DNA of 64,000 bases, taken from Macrostomum lignano (lineage: Eukaryota). The translations under genes and the position numbers were made by a program. Location: NCBI GenBank assembly GCA_002269645.1, contig NIVC01001097.1, positions 62,001-126,000 on the forward strand, read 5' to 3'. The notes under the pieces are model-generated. The model saw nothing but the letters and a program-made list of their open reading frames with translations. It made no database searches and had not been told where the DNA came from. Below, one piece after another: positions 55,901-64,000 of the stretch. Position 1 is the first letter of the stretch; each line of letters begins with the position of its first letter.

Positions 55901-57438
55901 CTATGTTCTGTATTAACATCTGTGTTCTATATTAATGTCTGTGTTCTGTATCAAAATCCATGTTCTGTATCAACATCCGTGTTCTTTATCAACATCCGTG
56001 TTCTTTATCAACATCCGTGTTCTGTATCAACATCCATGTTCTGTATCAACATCCGTATTCTGTATCCACATCCGTGTTCTTTATCAACATCTGTTCTTTA
56101 TTAACATCCGTGTTCTTTATCAACATCCGTGTTCTGTATCAACATCCGTATTCTGTATCAACATCCGTATTCTGTACCAACATCCGTATTCTGTACCAAC
56201 ATCCGTGTTCTGTACCAACATCCGTGTTCTGTATCCACATCCGTGTTCTGTACCAACATCCGTGTTCTGTATCCACATCCGTGTTCTGTATCAACATCTA
56301 TGTTCTGTATTAACATCTGTGTTCTATATTAATGTCTGTGTTCTGTATCAAAATCCATGTTCTGTATCAACATCCGTGTTCTTTATCAACATCCATGTTC
56401 TGTATCAAAATCCGTGTTCTGTACCAACATCTGTGTTCTGTATCAAAATCCATGTTCTGTATCAACATCCGTGTTCTTTATCAACATCCGTGTTCTGTAT
56501 CAACATCCGTGTTCTGTACCAACATCCGTATTCTGTATCCACATCCGTGTTCTTTATCAACATCTGTTCTTTATTAACATCCGTGTTCTTTATCAACATC
56601 CGTGTTCTGTATCAACATCCGTGTTCTGTATTAACATTCGTGTTCTATATTAATGTCCGTGTTACAAATAACATCACCCTTGATGCACTAGAAAAACCGT
56701 GTTACAACAACAAAATCGGTGTTCAATCATACTGAACTTGCACCGACTGAGACACCGGGGCTCAATAAAGTTATCCCAAACCCCTGCACCGACAGAGCGG
56801 TCGTGGCCCGGATACGCGAGGTCCGCTTAACGAAAGACAACGGAGTGGTCGGCGTGCGTCTGCAAAAGAAGCCCGATGTGCGTTCTGAAATTTCACAATT
56901 TCGCTTGCTTATTAGCGTCTGAATCTGAATTTGATTCTGATGTTTAACCAATCGGTGCCGTCTTCGCCCACAGGGACTTTACATTGAATTCGTCAAGCTG
57001 GGCACCCCGGCGCATGCTGCAGGGTTGAAGGAGGGCGACCAGGTGTTGAAAGTGAACGGCCACTTTGTCACCGAGTGGTCTATGGAAGGCGCCATGGCGC
57101 TGCTGAAGTCGCTGACAGAGCAGCTGGTGCTGCTGGTGAGGGAGACGCTACCGCTCGTGGCGGCGCAGGCCCAGCCGGCCGGCCACCGCCGTCAGGCTGC
57201 GCTGCCGTCTGGCCACTACGTCAACCTGCGCTCGTCATCGCGGTCAACTCTAGCCTTGGCGCCCGCCTGCTCGCAGCGAACCTCGGACGGCTACTCCGCG
57301 GCCAAAGAGGCGGAGGCGCTTTGCGGCCAGGCGGTCTACGCCGACAAGCAGCTCCCACCGGAATCTGCGCCAGAATCGGCGCCAGCATCCGCGCCAGAAT
57401 CGGCGCCAGCATCCGCGCCAGCTGTTGAGGCTTCCTGA
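40916..57438 (+). CDS. Tandem-PDZ protein (syntenin-like); exons 40916-41314, 42137-42309, 56796-56877, 56974-57438
   Basis: PDZ-A VREISLGRHNGEPFGMKVEFVGG|SFFITHVVAGSVAAYAGLKSGDEIVAING and PDZ-B IREVRLTKDNGVVGVRLQKKPD|GLYIEFVKLGTPAHAAGLKEGDQVLKVNG..W (syntenin PDZ1-like). Splice phases 0, 2, 0 all agree, across a 14.5-kb intron. Confidence 0.85.
42414..42678. repeat. 19-nt minisatellite (aacatccgtgttctgtatc), left fragment split by the LTR insertion
   Basis: Same unit as 53226-56660. Confidence 0.95.
42679..43869 (-). repeat. 3' LTR (1191 bp)
   Basis: Near-identical to 52032-53225; adjacent to the PPT. Confidence 0.96.
43870..43881 (-). promoter_or_regulatory. Polypurine tract GGAGGGGGGGAG
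   Basis: Directly abuts the 3' LTR on the element sense strand. Confidence 0.9.
44575..44940. repeat. Imperfect tandem repeats (core gttgcagtttaacgtcgtgcccaggacg) in the gypsy 3' untranslated region
   Basis: The core recurs about 5-6 times at roughly 50-65 nt spacing. Confidence 0.8.
45541..47325 (-). CDS. Gypsy integrase region (HHCC, DDE, GPY/F), +1 out of frame with RT-RNase H
   Basis: YHDQMAHGG...CTEC, VHIDFAGP, FISDRGTSF, PQANGRCERM, WVGPYRVLEV and the C-terminal RPPERY. Confidence 0.95.
   Translation of the reverse strand: MVPPKRYHEECPTCSATKTATVHCGAINIDTPAGIVELQESQPELLLLKQKLRQGEPCPPKNEWVGMSRSYKSLFSDYEQLLVKNDIIYRNWIDSEGRKFEQTVLPENQALEQQLFRAYHDQMAHGGISKTKDLIRQRFWWPNYSTNLDRYIKTCTECQTRKKYGPKPRAPLEPEVSSYMGEKVHIDFAGPFNATARGNKYLLLMVDHFTGWLEVKALRDCTAESTAWALYTEWITRHGAPEAFISDRGTSFTAELVKSLTENFRIDLRHTTSYHPQANGRCERMVRVVKDGIRLAQSELSLAWDEVLPHALMVQRSTISESNKFSPFELVYGRKMRLPVDAELGLPSPERKTRDKHLHDLYKKCMESYRIAREKQQISVRRQKSNYDTKVFQQYYQPGDLVWIANTQNCYDTNRKWVGPYRVLEVRNNGKNLKIEPGPKVDRVEQPVRIHDVVTVDRTKPCYLSEEKLRQYREEEAGSASDDGSEESERVQVEIQRPERIRFLQRERAHEATESNMNRAVENTQTAANANQQTQASPAGSQARQIPVRTPPNLMHLSPVHSTPPQRAGTNNVSWIPRLRNRAAIRPPERYGYH
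47300..50332 (-). CDS. Gypsy Pol (cold-shock domain - coiled coil - aspartic protease - RT - RNase H); frame open from 50332, upstream of the ORF-track start at 50119
   Basis: LVDTGAS (~49475), FCCDFRQLN, LPFGVTNGPACFQR, LYLDDV (~48165), ILDVDACD, VRTDHAAL, NADALSRR. Manual translation shows no stop between 50332 and 50119. Confidence 0.95.
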   Translation of the reverse strand, partial: TKFFKLPTGRHQGRANRPQPLNRFTPNRRAAAVEDQQDSSVNVEYGNLVWYNYYRGYGFLRDSNNRDIFFHVTNTNIATDYEIMHFLRQRATVKFIRTNDTTHSRKQRAVNVRICSSEERRLAEIDKQKSASLARQSEALTEELEKRSEAAAAQRSALNSIDLRLSEVEGKKASADESKVVKELSDLRTELKDLRQCLVEKVQEESTKEEPDKSAPTAELRAELREMKQELRKLETAIQRDVAAEKKATEKREKTVEADISSQLVNSGLFLDSQINGLSEKILVDTGASNCLIDKKLYQRLYPANHSLKPCSVNMRSANGQTSNLLGQVALRVRFGDCEITHPFYVAEGLLTSSIIGIDLLTRHKIKLDIAGKSLEFSDRRIPLVTTSDETRCVLLQVVKKVSIAPMSEIYVKAKCKDTPETAELGFISGRSQISEKDEPLVAKAITRLDEFGETYVRLMNLTEEAQTIHKDEVVAQYQPMKEEVELFAMSETDLEVGARKQQKAAVTMQEAERIRKQFRLNETDLSEAQKAKVIELLHRYQNIVSKDQWDIGKTQMGEFKIETTDEIPVRIPLRKQSPEQREFVSGHVQQLLEHDLIEPSESEWSCPIVLARKKSGEFRFCCDFRQLNNKTKKDSFPLPLIQESLESLAGNMYFSTLDMVGAYWSVKVRETDREKLAFRTHDGLFQWKVLPFGVTNGPACFQRIMQKILGDYAYKFALLYLDDVICTGKNFEEMLSNLELIFSRLADAGMKIKPEKTFLFRKEVTFLGHTVCQHGIYTSKDKIEKVQTWPRPENISELRGFLGLAGYYRRFIKDFARISEPLNNLTRKDVKYKWDDSCQKAFDLLKQKLVSAPVLSYPRFDSDAGPFILDVDACDVAIGGNLLQEQDGEEKVIAYASHPLNEHQLNYCTTMKEMFALIYFLEHYRPYLVGRRFKVRTDHAALQWLRKCHGAKGMLGRWNMILEQFDQFEVISRMEEYDFAIQYRQGIAHGNADALSRRPQRDGPPETLP
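50269..51504 (-). CDS. Gypsy Gag, 411 aa, with CCHC zinc knuckle
   Basis: Capsid-like FELFLRIFNNYC...RRQKEDESLEEFYDAL...F..GI; CYECGEETHLARDC. Confidence 0.93.
   Translation of the reverse strand: MAQDGENSQESKSVEIRNEGEIDEAEHLRTVVRELQDRIRRMETENPEPRVILKSHNSVAKPKPYRLGSDFELFLRIFNNYCQGNSIDESAKVYQLLSLLDEDAYKVYINLGLASTESFESIEKTLKDKFKPVGQKEEAKLELMNRRQKEDESLEEFYDALVELVRKAGLENQARERVSERFEAGIANYKVRRAVIAYRRTHESKYQTQDLLTAAKNEEILEELANPGSQKNRRKQEGSNTLTAQVGKEETPVAAPSTGQGHQSFGPQFASPSNYPSQYQPYQNYQPQFDYRQWQPRFAHRQMNPSYRPQAPVQPQNSFRPQHHMSSYSRPYNRQSSPFVRPAMTRPSRFGHEAGGANDRFKPSGANAPNARKACYECGEETHLARDCPVRRNSLNYRRGGTKGGPTAPSH
50285..50323 (-). promoter_or_regulatory. -1 ribosomal frameshift signal: U UUA AAC + 7-nt spacer + GGGGCGG/CCGCCCC stem
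   Basis: The heptamer (+ strand 50317-50323) is in the gag frame, and its -1 frame is the pol frame, which is closed by a TAG just upstream (50333-50335). Confidence 0.85.
52013..52029 (-). promoter_or_regulatory. Primer binding site TGGAGCCCCTGGGAATC
   Basis: Starts with TGG (complement of tRNA CCA) 2 nt inside the 5' LTR; the cognate tRNA was not assigned. Confidence 0.75.
52032..53225 (-). repeat. 5' LTR (1194 bp)
   Basis: Differs from the 3' LTR by at least one substitution (aaatag/aaacag) and three homopolymer-length indels; not exhaustively aligned. Confidence 0.96.
53226..56660. repeat. 19-nt minisatellite array (~180 units) with higher-order structure
   Basis: aacatccgtgttctgtatc variants; blocks recur at a 1115-nt offset. 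Confidence 0.97.
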
Positions 57439-57916
57439 AATCTTCTGCCTCTCCCAGCAGCAGAAAGTCCTGCTTGAGAATTTCCGACAGTTTGCTAGTG
57501 TGTGGCTATTTTGCGATGTTACTACTTTGCCCCCCGTCTGTGCCGACCCGTTCAGCCGATTCGTCACGCAGTGAAGTACTTGAAGTACTTGTAGAACGCT
57601 TGTACTTGTACAGGCTTTACTGAATGACGGTAGACAGTTGCATATCACAATATTTTTTGCAGAAAGCATCTTCTATTTTTGTCATTTGTCTGCTTTATGA
57701 GCTTTTGACAGCATTTTGCATATTGTTCAATAATAAATTGAGGCATTGTTGAGTGTGCTTGACCAAGTGCGCCGAGTAATTTGAGCTTATTAGAGCAAAG
57801 TTCGAAAAGGTTTCTGCTTGCTTTCGGTGAGTCTGCATCACCTGATTGGTTCAGATTTCGGTGCAAGAAAATGATTTTGGTTATGAGGTCTGAAGACCTT
57901 AAGTACAGGATGGCAC

Positions 57917-58903
57917 TGAGATCCAGTGACTGAAGACTTCATTAATGAGTACAGAATTGCATTGAGATTCAGTGACTGAAGACTTCATTAATGAGTACAG
58001 AATTGCATTGAGATCCAGTGACTGAAGACTTCATTAATGAGTACAGAATTGCATTGAGATCCAGTGACTGAAGACTTCATTAATGAGTACAGAATTGCAT
58101 TGAGATCCAGTGACTGAAGACTTCATTAATGAGTACAGAATTGCATTGAGATCCAGTGACTGAAGACCTCATTAATAAGTACAGGATTGCATTGAGATTC
58201 AGTGACTGAAGACTTCATTAATAAGTACAGGATTGCATTGAGATTCAGTGACTGAAGACTTCATTAATGAGTACAGAATTGCATTGAGATCCAGTGACTG
58301 AAGACTTCATTAATGAGTACAGAATTGCATTGAGATCCAGTGACTGAAGACTTCATTAATGAGTACAGAATTGCATTGAGATCCAGTGACTGAAGACTTC
58401 ATTAATGAGTACAGGATTGCATTGAGATTCAGTGACTGAAGACTTCATTAATGAGTACAGAATTGCATTGAGATCCAGTGACTGAAGACTTCATTAATGA
58501 GTACAGAATTGCATTGAGATCCAGTGACTGAAGACTTCATTAATAAGTACAGGATTGCATTGAGATTCAGTGACTGAAGACTTCATTAATGAGTACAGAA
58601 TTGCATTGAGATCCAGTGACTGAAGACTTCATTAATGAGTACAGAATTGCATTGAGATCCAGTGACTGAAGACTTCATTAATGAGTACAGAATTGCATTG
58701 AGATCCAGTGACTGAAGACTTCATTAATGAGTACAGAATTGCATTGAGATCCAGTGACTGAAGACCTCATTAATGAGTACAGAATTGCATTGAGATCCAG
58801 TGACTGAAGACTTCATTAATGAGTACAGAATTGCATTGAGATCCAGTGACTGAAGACCTCATTTATGAGTACAGGATTGCATTGAGATTCAGTGACTGAA
58901 GAC
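57917..58903. repeat. 46-nt minisatellite (gagatccagtgactgaagacttcattaatgagtacagaattgcatt)
   Basis: About 21 near-identical copies. Confidence 0.96.
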
Positions 58904-59769
58904 CTTCTTCTTGGGCTCCATGAACAGCAGCTTGCCTTGTTAGCAGACCATTTGAGCTCACTCACGGTCTTCGGAGCCCCAAGTTTGTTTTCCTTCGATG
59001 AGCTCAGTGACTCTGAAGAAACTCAGGAGGGCATCCGATTTTCATTTTTCATCGGTGTTTTCAATTTCTTTCAATCTGCTCTGTGCATCAAAGGCTTCGA
59101 TTCATGCACGAAGCTCTTCTGTGTTGCTTAACGGCAAAGTTTCTCTCAGTTTGATGCTCATCCTGCTTGCGAGCCAAAATGGAAGTCCACTAGTAGACAC
59201 ACTGACAAGTCAAAACACATTTGCACACGAAAAAGAGGTGAACGAGCGATAGCTCAAATGCAAACCTTTTATTGATATTTTGTGTATGACAGGGCAGGTG
59301 CCAAGCATCAACCATCAATACACGGGCGTAGAGGATGCAGAAATAGCGCACGAAATGAGAGACAAAAAATATGCTACAGCAGGCACTCACTGAGTACAAA
59401 CTAAAATGCAAACCCAACAAGAACTTTTCATTTTTGATTTCAGGCCACTTATTTATCTAAACCAGGCATATAACCTGCTATGAGTAGTGCAAAGAGCGTT
59501 TTCGAAACTTTTCATAACCTTTAGTCCGTAGCGAACAGTTTTAATTAGTCCCAAAATTTCTTTTTATATTTTTGATGCCTTGAAGCCGTGTGAGTGCATC
59601 TCTGGCCTGGCCTGACAGCGGTTTCAGCGTTGCTAGAGGGGTCATCAGGTTCGTTGAGCAAATTTGAGTATAATTTGACTTGCTTGCTGCCGTTTGATGG
59701 GCGTGCTAGCTGTGCCACGAATCTATCTAGTTATCTCGAACGGCTGTAAAATGTTAGGATTGAGCAACA

Positions 59770-60125
59770 GTTTTTAGCATGTGCAGTTTTGAGTATGTGC
59801 AGTTTTTAGCATGTGCAGTTTTTAGCATGTGCAGTTTTTAGCATGTGCAGTTTTTAGCATGTGCAGTTTTGAGCATGTGCAGTTTTGGGCATGTGCAGTT
59901 TTTAGCATGTGCAGTTTTGAGTATGTGCAGTTTTGGGCATGTGCAGTTTTGAGTATGTGTAGTTTTGAGTATGTGCAGTTTTGAGCATGTGCAGTTTTTA
60001 GCATGTGCAGTTTTGAGTATGTGTAGTTTTGAGTATGTGCAGTTTTGAGCATGTGCAGTTTTGAGCATGTGCAGTTTTGAGCATGTGCAGTTTTGAGCAT
60101 GCGCAGTTTTGAGCATGTGAAGTTT
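59770..60125. repeat. 16-nt minisatellite (gcagttttgagcatgt)
   Basis: About 22 copies. Confidence 0.95.
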
Positions 60126-61137
60126 TGAAAATTGCTATTTAAAGGAATTTCTTATTAGCAAAGGTTTATGACCAAACACTTTTTTGATCAACGTAATCCG
60201 CAAGGATGAAGCCAGCACGCTACAAGAAGCAAATGAAGCCATCGATGTGATGAAGAGGCTGAGCCAGAATCCCGTAGCGAGCTCAAAACGCTGTCCGTCT
60301 TGCAGCCAACAAAAGCCCATGCAGGTAGCCCCCCCCAGTTGCCAGCGATCCCCAGCCCAGGCTGCTCAGCCGCCGCCAACGAGAGCTCCAGCCGGCAGGC
60401 GCAGCCGATTGGCCCTGCCAGGCCACAAAACGGCCGGGGCTGGCCGGCAGCAGCGAAGCGCCCGCCCGAGACCCGCGCCCCGACCTGCAGATCAATGCGA
60501 CTCCTTGGACGGCACCGCAGCCTCTGCTGGCTTCTGACTGTCGCGGCAGGTGAGCGCCGATGGGGAAGGAAATCCCCAGGGAGAATTGCCCTCCGCCCTC
60601 CATCCCCGATCGCTTGCCGATCGATGCCGCAAACTTCACTATGGGATTTGGAATTTTGGGATGCTGGATTCCCCTGCCACTTGAAGCAAGAAATTAATAC
60701 TTTCACCTGGAGCCGGGAAAGTGCAGGACCAGCTGAATGGGAAATGGGAGGCAGCGGCTGTCAGCTCCTCTCCGGGCTGCGAGTGGGTCAGGCAAATTTT
60801 AAGTGGCCAGATAGCAAAATTGAATTGAATTCCTGTGCGTGCCCCGGCCAGGCAGTAAATGAGTGCTGAATTGGTTTGATCCACAAAGCCTGCGATTTTT
60901 AATCAATGCAGGCGGCCCCCTCATCTGATGAACTGCCAGCAGCCAGCGAGGGGCTGTGCGAGTCCTTTGCTAGCAATTTGTTTGCATTGTGCCTGCGATT
61001 TTTGCCCCGCAGTAAATTTTTACTCCATCCTCATTATTCTCCCGCTCCATGCATTTATCTGCGTAATCTGCTGCGCTTGCTCTTGCTGCTTTTGTGTTTG
61101 CAGCGCTGAGAGTCCTCTTTGTGCGAGACAGTGAGCC

Positions 61138-61290
61138 CAGATGCCCTCCCCCCAGTGAGGGCTGCAGATGCCCCCCCAGTGAGGGCTGCAGATGCCCCCC
61201 AGTGAGGGCTGCAGATGCCCCCCAGTGAGGGCTGCAGATGCCCCCCAGTGAGGGCTGCAGATGCCCCGGTGAGGGCTGCAGATGCTCTGC
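61138..61290. repeat. 23-nt minisatellite (gagggctgcagatgccccccagt)
   Basis: About 6-7 copies starting right after a GTGAGC donor-like site at 61131. Confidence 0.9.
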
Positions 61291-62697
61291 AGAGTGCCAC
61301 ATGTACTAGCCGTGAGGAGGCGGGGGCCGCCAGAGTAACGATCTGATATGGAGAATTGTATTTCAGGTTTGTCAGTTTTATGGTTCAGTCTGGACGGGGA
61401 CGCCACTTACTGATCCATGATCTGCATGGCTGGCCAGTCTGGCCCATGTCTGCTTAAAGAGAAAAAACTTTCTGATATTTGTTCGACCCTGCTCAAGTGT
61501 TTCGTTTTGAGTTCGGCAGAAGCAATGCAACACAGAGAATTCTTTGCAGGGAAAGAAGGAAAGACGGCTGGCTCGTCTCATCCCTGAGCCCTGCAAGTTA
61601 GAGCTGGAAATGCAGAGCAGGGCGGCTGTCCCCCACCCCCGCCAGACCAAGGTTTGCCAAATTAAACTGAGGGGGTGCCAGGCCGAATGCCCGAAATGTT
61701 AATCAGCTCTCGGACCGGGCAAAGGGGACTCACAAGTTGGTAAGTGAGAAAGCACAGGCCAGGAGGGCAGGAAGGCACTGGAAGAGGCTCGGAGGCAGGA
61801 CAGATGGCACTGGATAATGAGGAAACTGGGCCAGCAGACTGCGGCGGGACAGATGCAAGCGCGTGATAACAATAGCTGCTGTGGCCGCAGAGTGATGAAT
61901 CGGGGTGTGCAGAGGCGGGGTAGCAGTTACAGGAGTCACCTGGCTAATAGTGCAAGTTGGATCATCAGCAATTCAGATGATGGTTGAGTGCACTCAGCGC
62001 GTTGTGACTGCAGAGGCCTATTGTGCAACACATCGGCAGCAGCTCCCGGTGACTTTGGCTAGGAAAACAGTCAGAAATGGCTTAATGGATTCCGGGGATG
62101 GAGTTGAAAGCAAAGCAACGCGGAGAAAGTGGAGAAACTGAGAGAGATTCTGGGAGGGCCGCGCGGGACTTGAGAACTCGTTGGATTTTGGGATTCTGGG
62201 TGGCAAATAGGGTGATACATTCTTGTTGAACGGGAGATAAGAAGAGATTAGTGTCAGAGTACGCGAGAGTTCAGTATGGATTAATAGGGACGCTGAGGTA
62301 TCGGCTGCTGTTGCACCTGGATCAGCTGTACTACTTAGGAGACTGCTCTCACTGCAGAATCCGAGGCAGGTAAAAAACACTTCCTCAAGCCAGAAATCTC
62401 CCATCAACCTGCCGTTCTCTGCAAAGTTGATTTTTGCGGAGTGGAAGCCCCCGGCAGGAAGACGGCGGTGGGCGGTGCTCGGCTTCCCTCCAGTCTTTCG
62501 GGCGGAAACGGCGCCGGCCCCGCCTGACTGCCGATGAGGTCGGGGGCTTCAGACTCATTAGGCTTATTGCTGCCGAGCAGAATTGGTCAGACATGAAATA
62601 TGCTCCAATGTGGAAGGGAGGTTCCGAATCAGACAGATTCCATTGACTGAATTCCATCGTTGAAAAATTATCCCCATCCGAACTTCATTTCTCCCAG

Positions 62698-62801
62698 TTT
62701 TCCCCTGCATTTCGGCGGCGGAGACGGCAACAACAGTGACTGTGGAGGCCGGCGACTTCGCCCTGCTGCCCTGCCTGGTCAGCGGCCTCAGCAAAGTTGA
62801 G
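62698..62801 (+). CDS. Exon encoding the start of an Ig domain (Dpr/IgLON-like cell-surface protein); the gene continues beyond the window
   Basis: Acceptor ctcccag|, then FPCISAAETATTVTVEAGDFALLPCLVSGLSKVE, then the phase-0 donor GTGAGT. The pattern V...GD.A.LPC.V..L matches Ig strands A'-B, with the intron just before the expected V.W. Confidence 0.65.
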
Positions 62802-62835
62802 GTGAGTTCGCTCAGGAGATTCATCCAGGCTGGAG

Positions 62836-63618
62836 TCACTTCCCCAGATGTGACAGCTGAGGGGATTCAGTCAGGCTGGGGTCACTTCCCCAGGTGCGAC
62901 AGCTGAGGGGATTCACTCAGGCTGGGGTCACTTCCCCAGGTGCGACAGCTGAGGGGATTCAGTCAGGCTGGGGTCACTTCCCCAGGTGCGACAGCTGAGG
63001 GGATTCACTCAGGCTGGGGTCACTTCCCCAGGTGCGACAGCTGAGGGGATTCAGTCAGGCTGGGGTCACTTCCCCAGGTGCGACAGCTGAGGGGATTCAG
63101 TCAGGCTGGGGTCACTTCCCCAGGTGCGACAGCTGAGGGGATTCAGTCAGGCTGGGGTCACTTCCCCAGGTGCCACAGCTGAAAGGATTCACTCAGGCTG
63201 GGGTCACTTCCCCAGGTGCGACAGCTGAGGGGATTCAGTCAGGCTGGGGTCACTTCCCCAGGTGCGACAGCTGAGGGGATTCAGTCAGGCTGGGGTCACT
63301 TCCCCAGGTGCCACAGCTGAAAGGATTCACTCAGGCTGGGGTCACTTCCCCAGGTGCGACAGCTGAGGGGATTCAGTCAGGCTGGGGTCACTTCCCCAGG
63401 TGCGACAGCTGAGGGGATTCAGTCAGGCTGGGGTCACTTCCCCAGGTGCCACAGCTGAAAGGATTCACTCAGGCTGGGGTCACTTCCCCAGGTGCGACAG
63501 CTGAGGGGATTCAGTCAGGCTGGGGTCACTTCCCCAGGTGCGACAGCTGAGGGGATTCAGTCAGGCTGGGGTCACTTCCCCAGGTGCGACAGCTGAGGGG
63601 ATTCACTCAGGCTGGGGT
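62836..63618. repeat. 46-nt minisatellite (gaggggattcagtcaggctggggtcacttccccaggtgcgacagct) in the Ig-gene intron
   Basis: About 17 copies; each contains the hairpin CTGGGG-tcactt-CCCCAG. Confidence 0.96.
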
Positions 63619-64000
63619 TAGTTTTCCAGGAGGAATTCCATCAGCGCCTGCTTACCAATTAGATTGATTGCCATTGCTCTGAGGCCGTGGGCTGTGCATT
63701 CCGCATATCGGTGGGTGGCCTGACCCCCTAACTTCTGACTTGCGCTCTACAGAAGCTGCATTCGCATTCACAGCATCGCGTGCCTGAGGCCAGGGGAAGA
63801 ATCACTAAAAGCAGACTATGAAAATGTTTGTGAGAAAAAAGATGAAGACAAGAGGTCCGCCATGCGGGTGGAGGGTGCGGGGAGCGATATGGCCAAGCAT
63901 GAGGAGCTCCATGGAATGCTGAGCAGAGGGAGCCGCGCGGAACCTGCGTGACTGGCAGAAGTCCTGAGCAGGTTTTGTTTCCAAGAAAAGCCAGCAAGGG

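Noticed and set aside
53179-56735. Numerous 60-280 aa ORFs (FCINIRVLYQHPCSVSTSV repeats)
   Set aside because: Translation artefacts of a stop-poor 19-nt minisatellite inside an intron.
57917-58903. Regular palindromic 46-nt repeats (also 62836-63618 and 36040-37310) resembling CRISPR arrays
   Set aside because: Units are head-to-tail with no unique spacers, there are no cas genes, and the context is eukaryotic and spliced.
60215-60325. Exon-like segment DEASTLQEANEAIDVMKRLSQ...KPMQ with donor gtagcc
   Set aside because: Weak AAG acceptor, no homology, and it could not be linked to a gene model.

Overview
This is eukaryotic (animal) genomic DNA. Coding exons are GC-rich, introns are GT-AG, and many introns and intergenic gaps carry their own 16-46 nt minisatellite. 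That architecture resembles the flatworm Macrostomum (inference, not shown by the sequence). Six host genes can be reconstructed by splice-phase analysis: Rab escort protein (REP/CHM-like), GSTCD-like methyltransferase and TMEM126-like (three tightly spaced + strand genes, operon-like), Mnx/Hb9 homeobox, a convergent PCGF-like RING-RAWUL gene, and a tandem-PDZ (syntenin-like) gene. The first Ig-domain exon of a seventh gene lies near the right end. Mobile DNA includes two hAT non-autonomous elements with perfect 8-bp TSDs, a TIR element with a 9-bp TSD containing a mariner relic, a decayed RT-RNaseH LINE, and a young 10.5-kb Ty3/gypsy LTR retrotransposon in a PDZ-gene intron. Main discovery: upstream of the ORF-track start, the gypsy pol frame is open back to a canonical -1 frameshift site (U UUA AAC). 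It encodes a cold-shock domain plus a ~150-aa coiled coil between the Gag zinc knuckle and the protease. Second: the TMEM126-like and PCGF-like genes lack a convincing genomic ATG but begin exactly in phase 0 at a splice acceptor, as expected if a flatworm spliced-leader AUG supplies the start codon.
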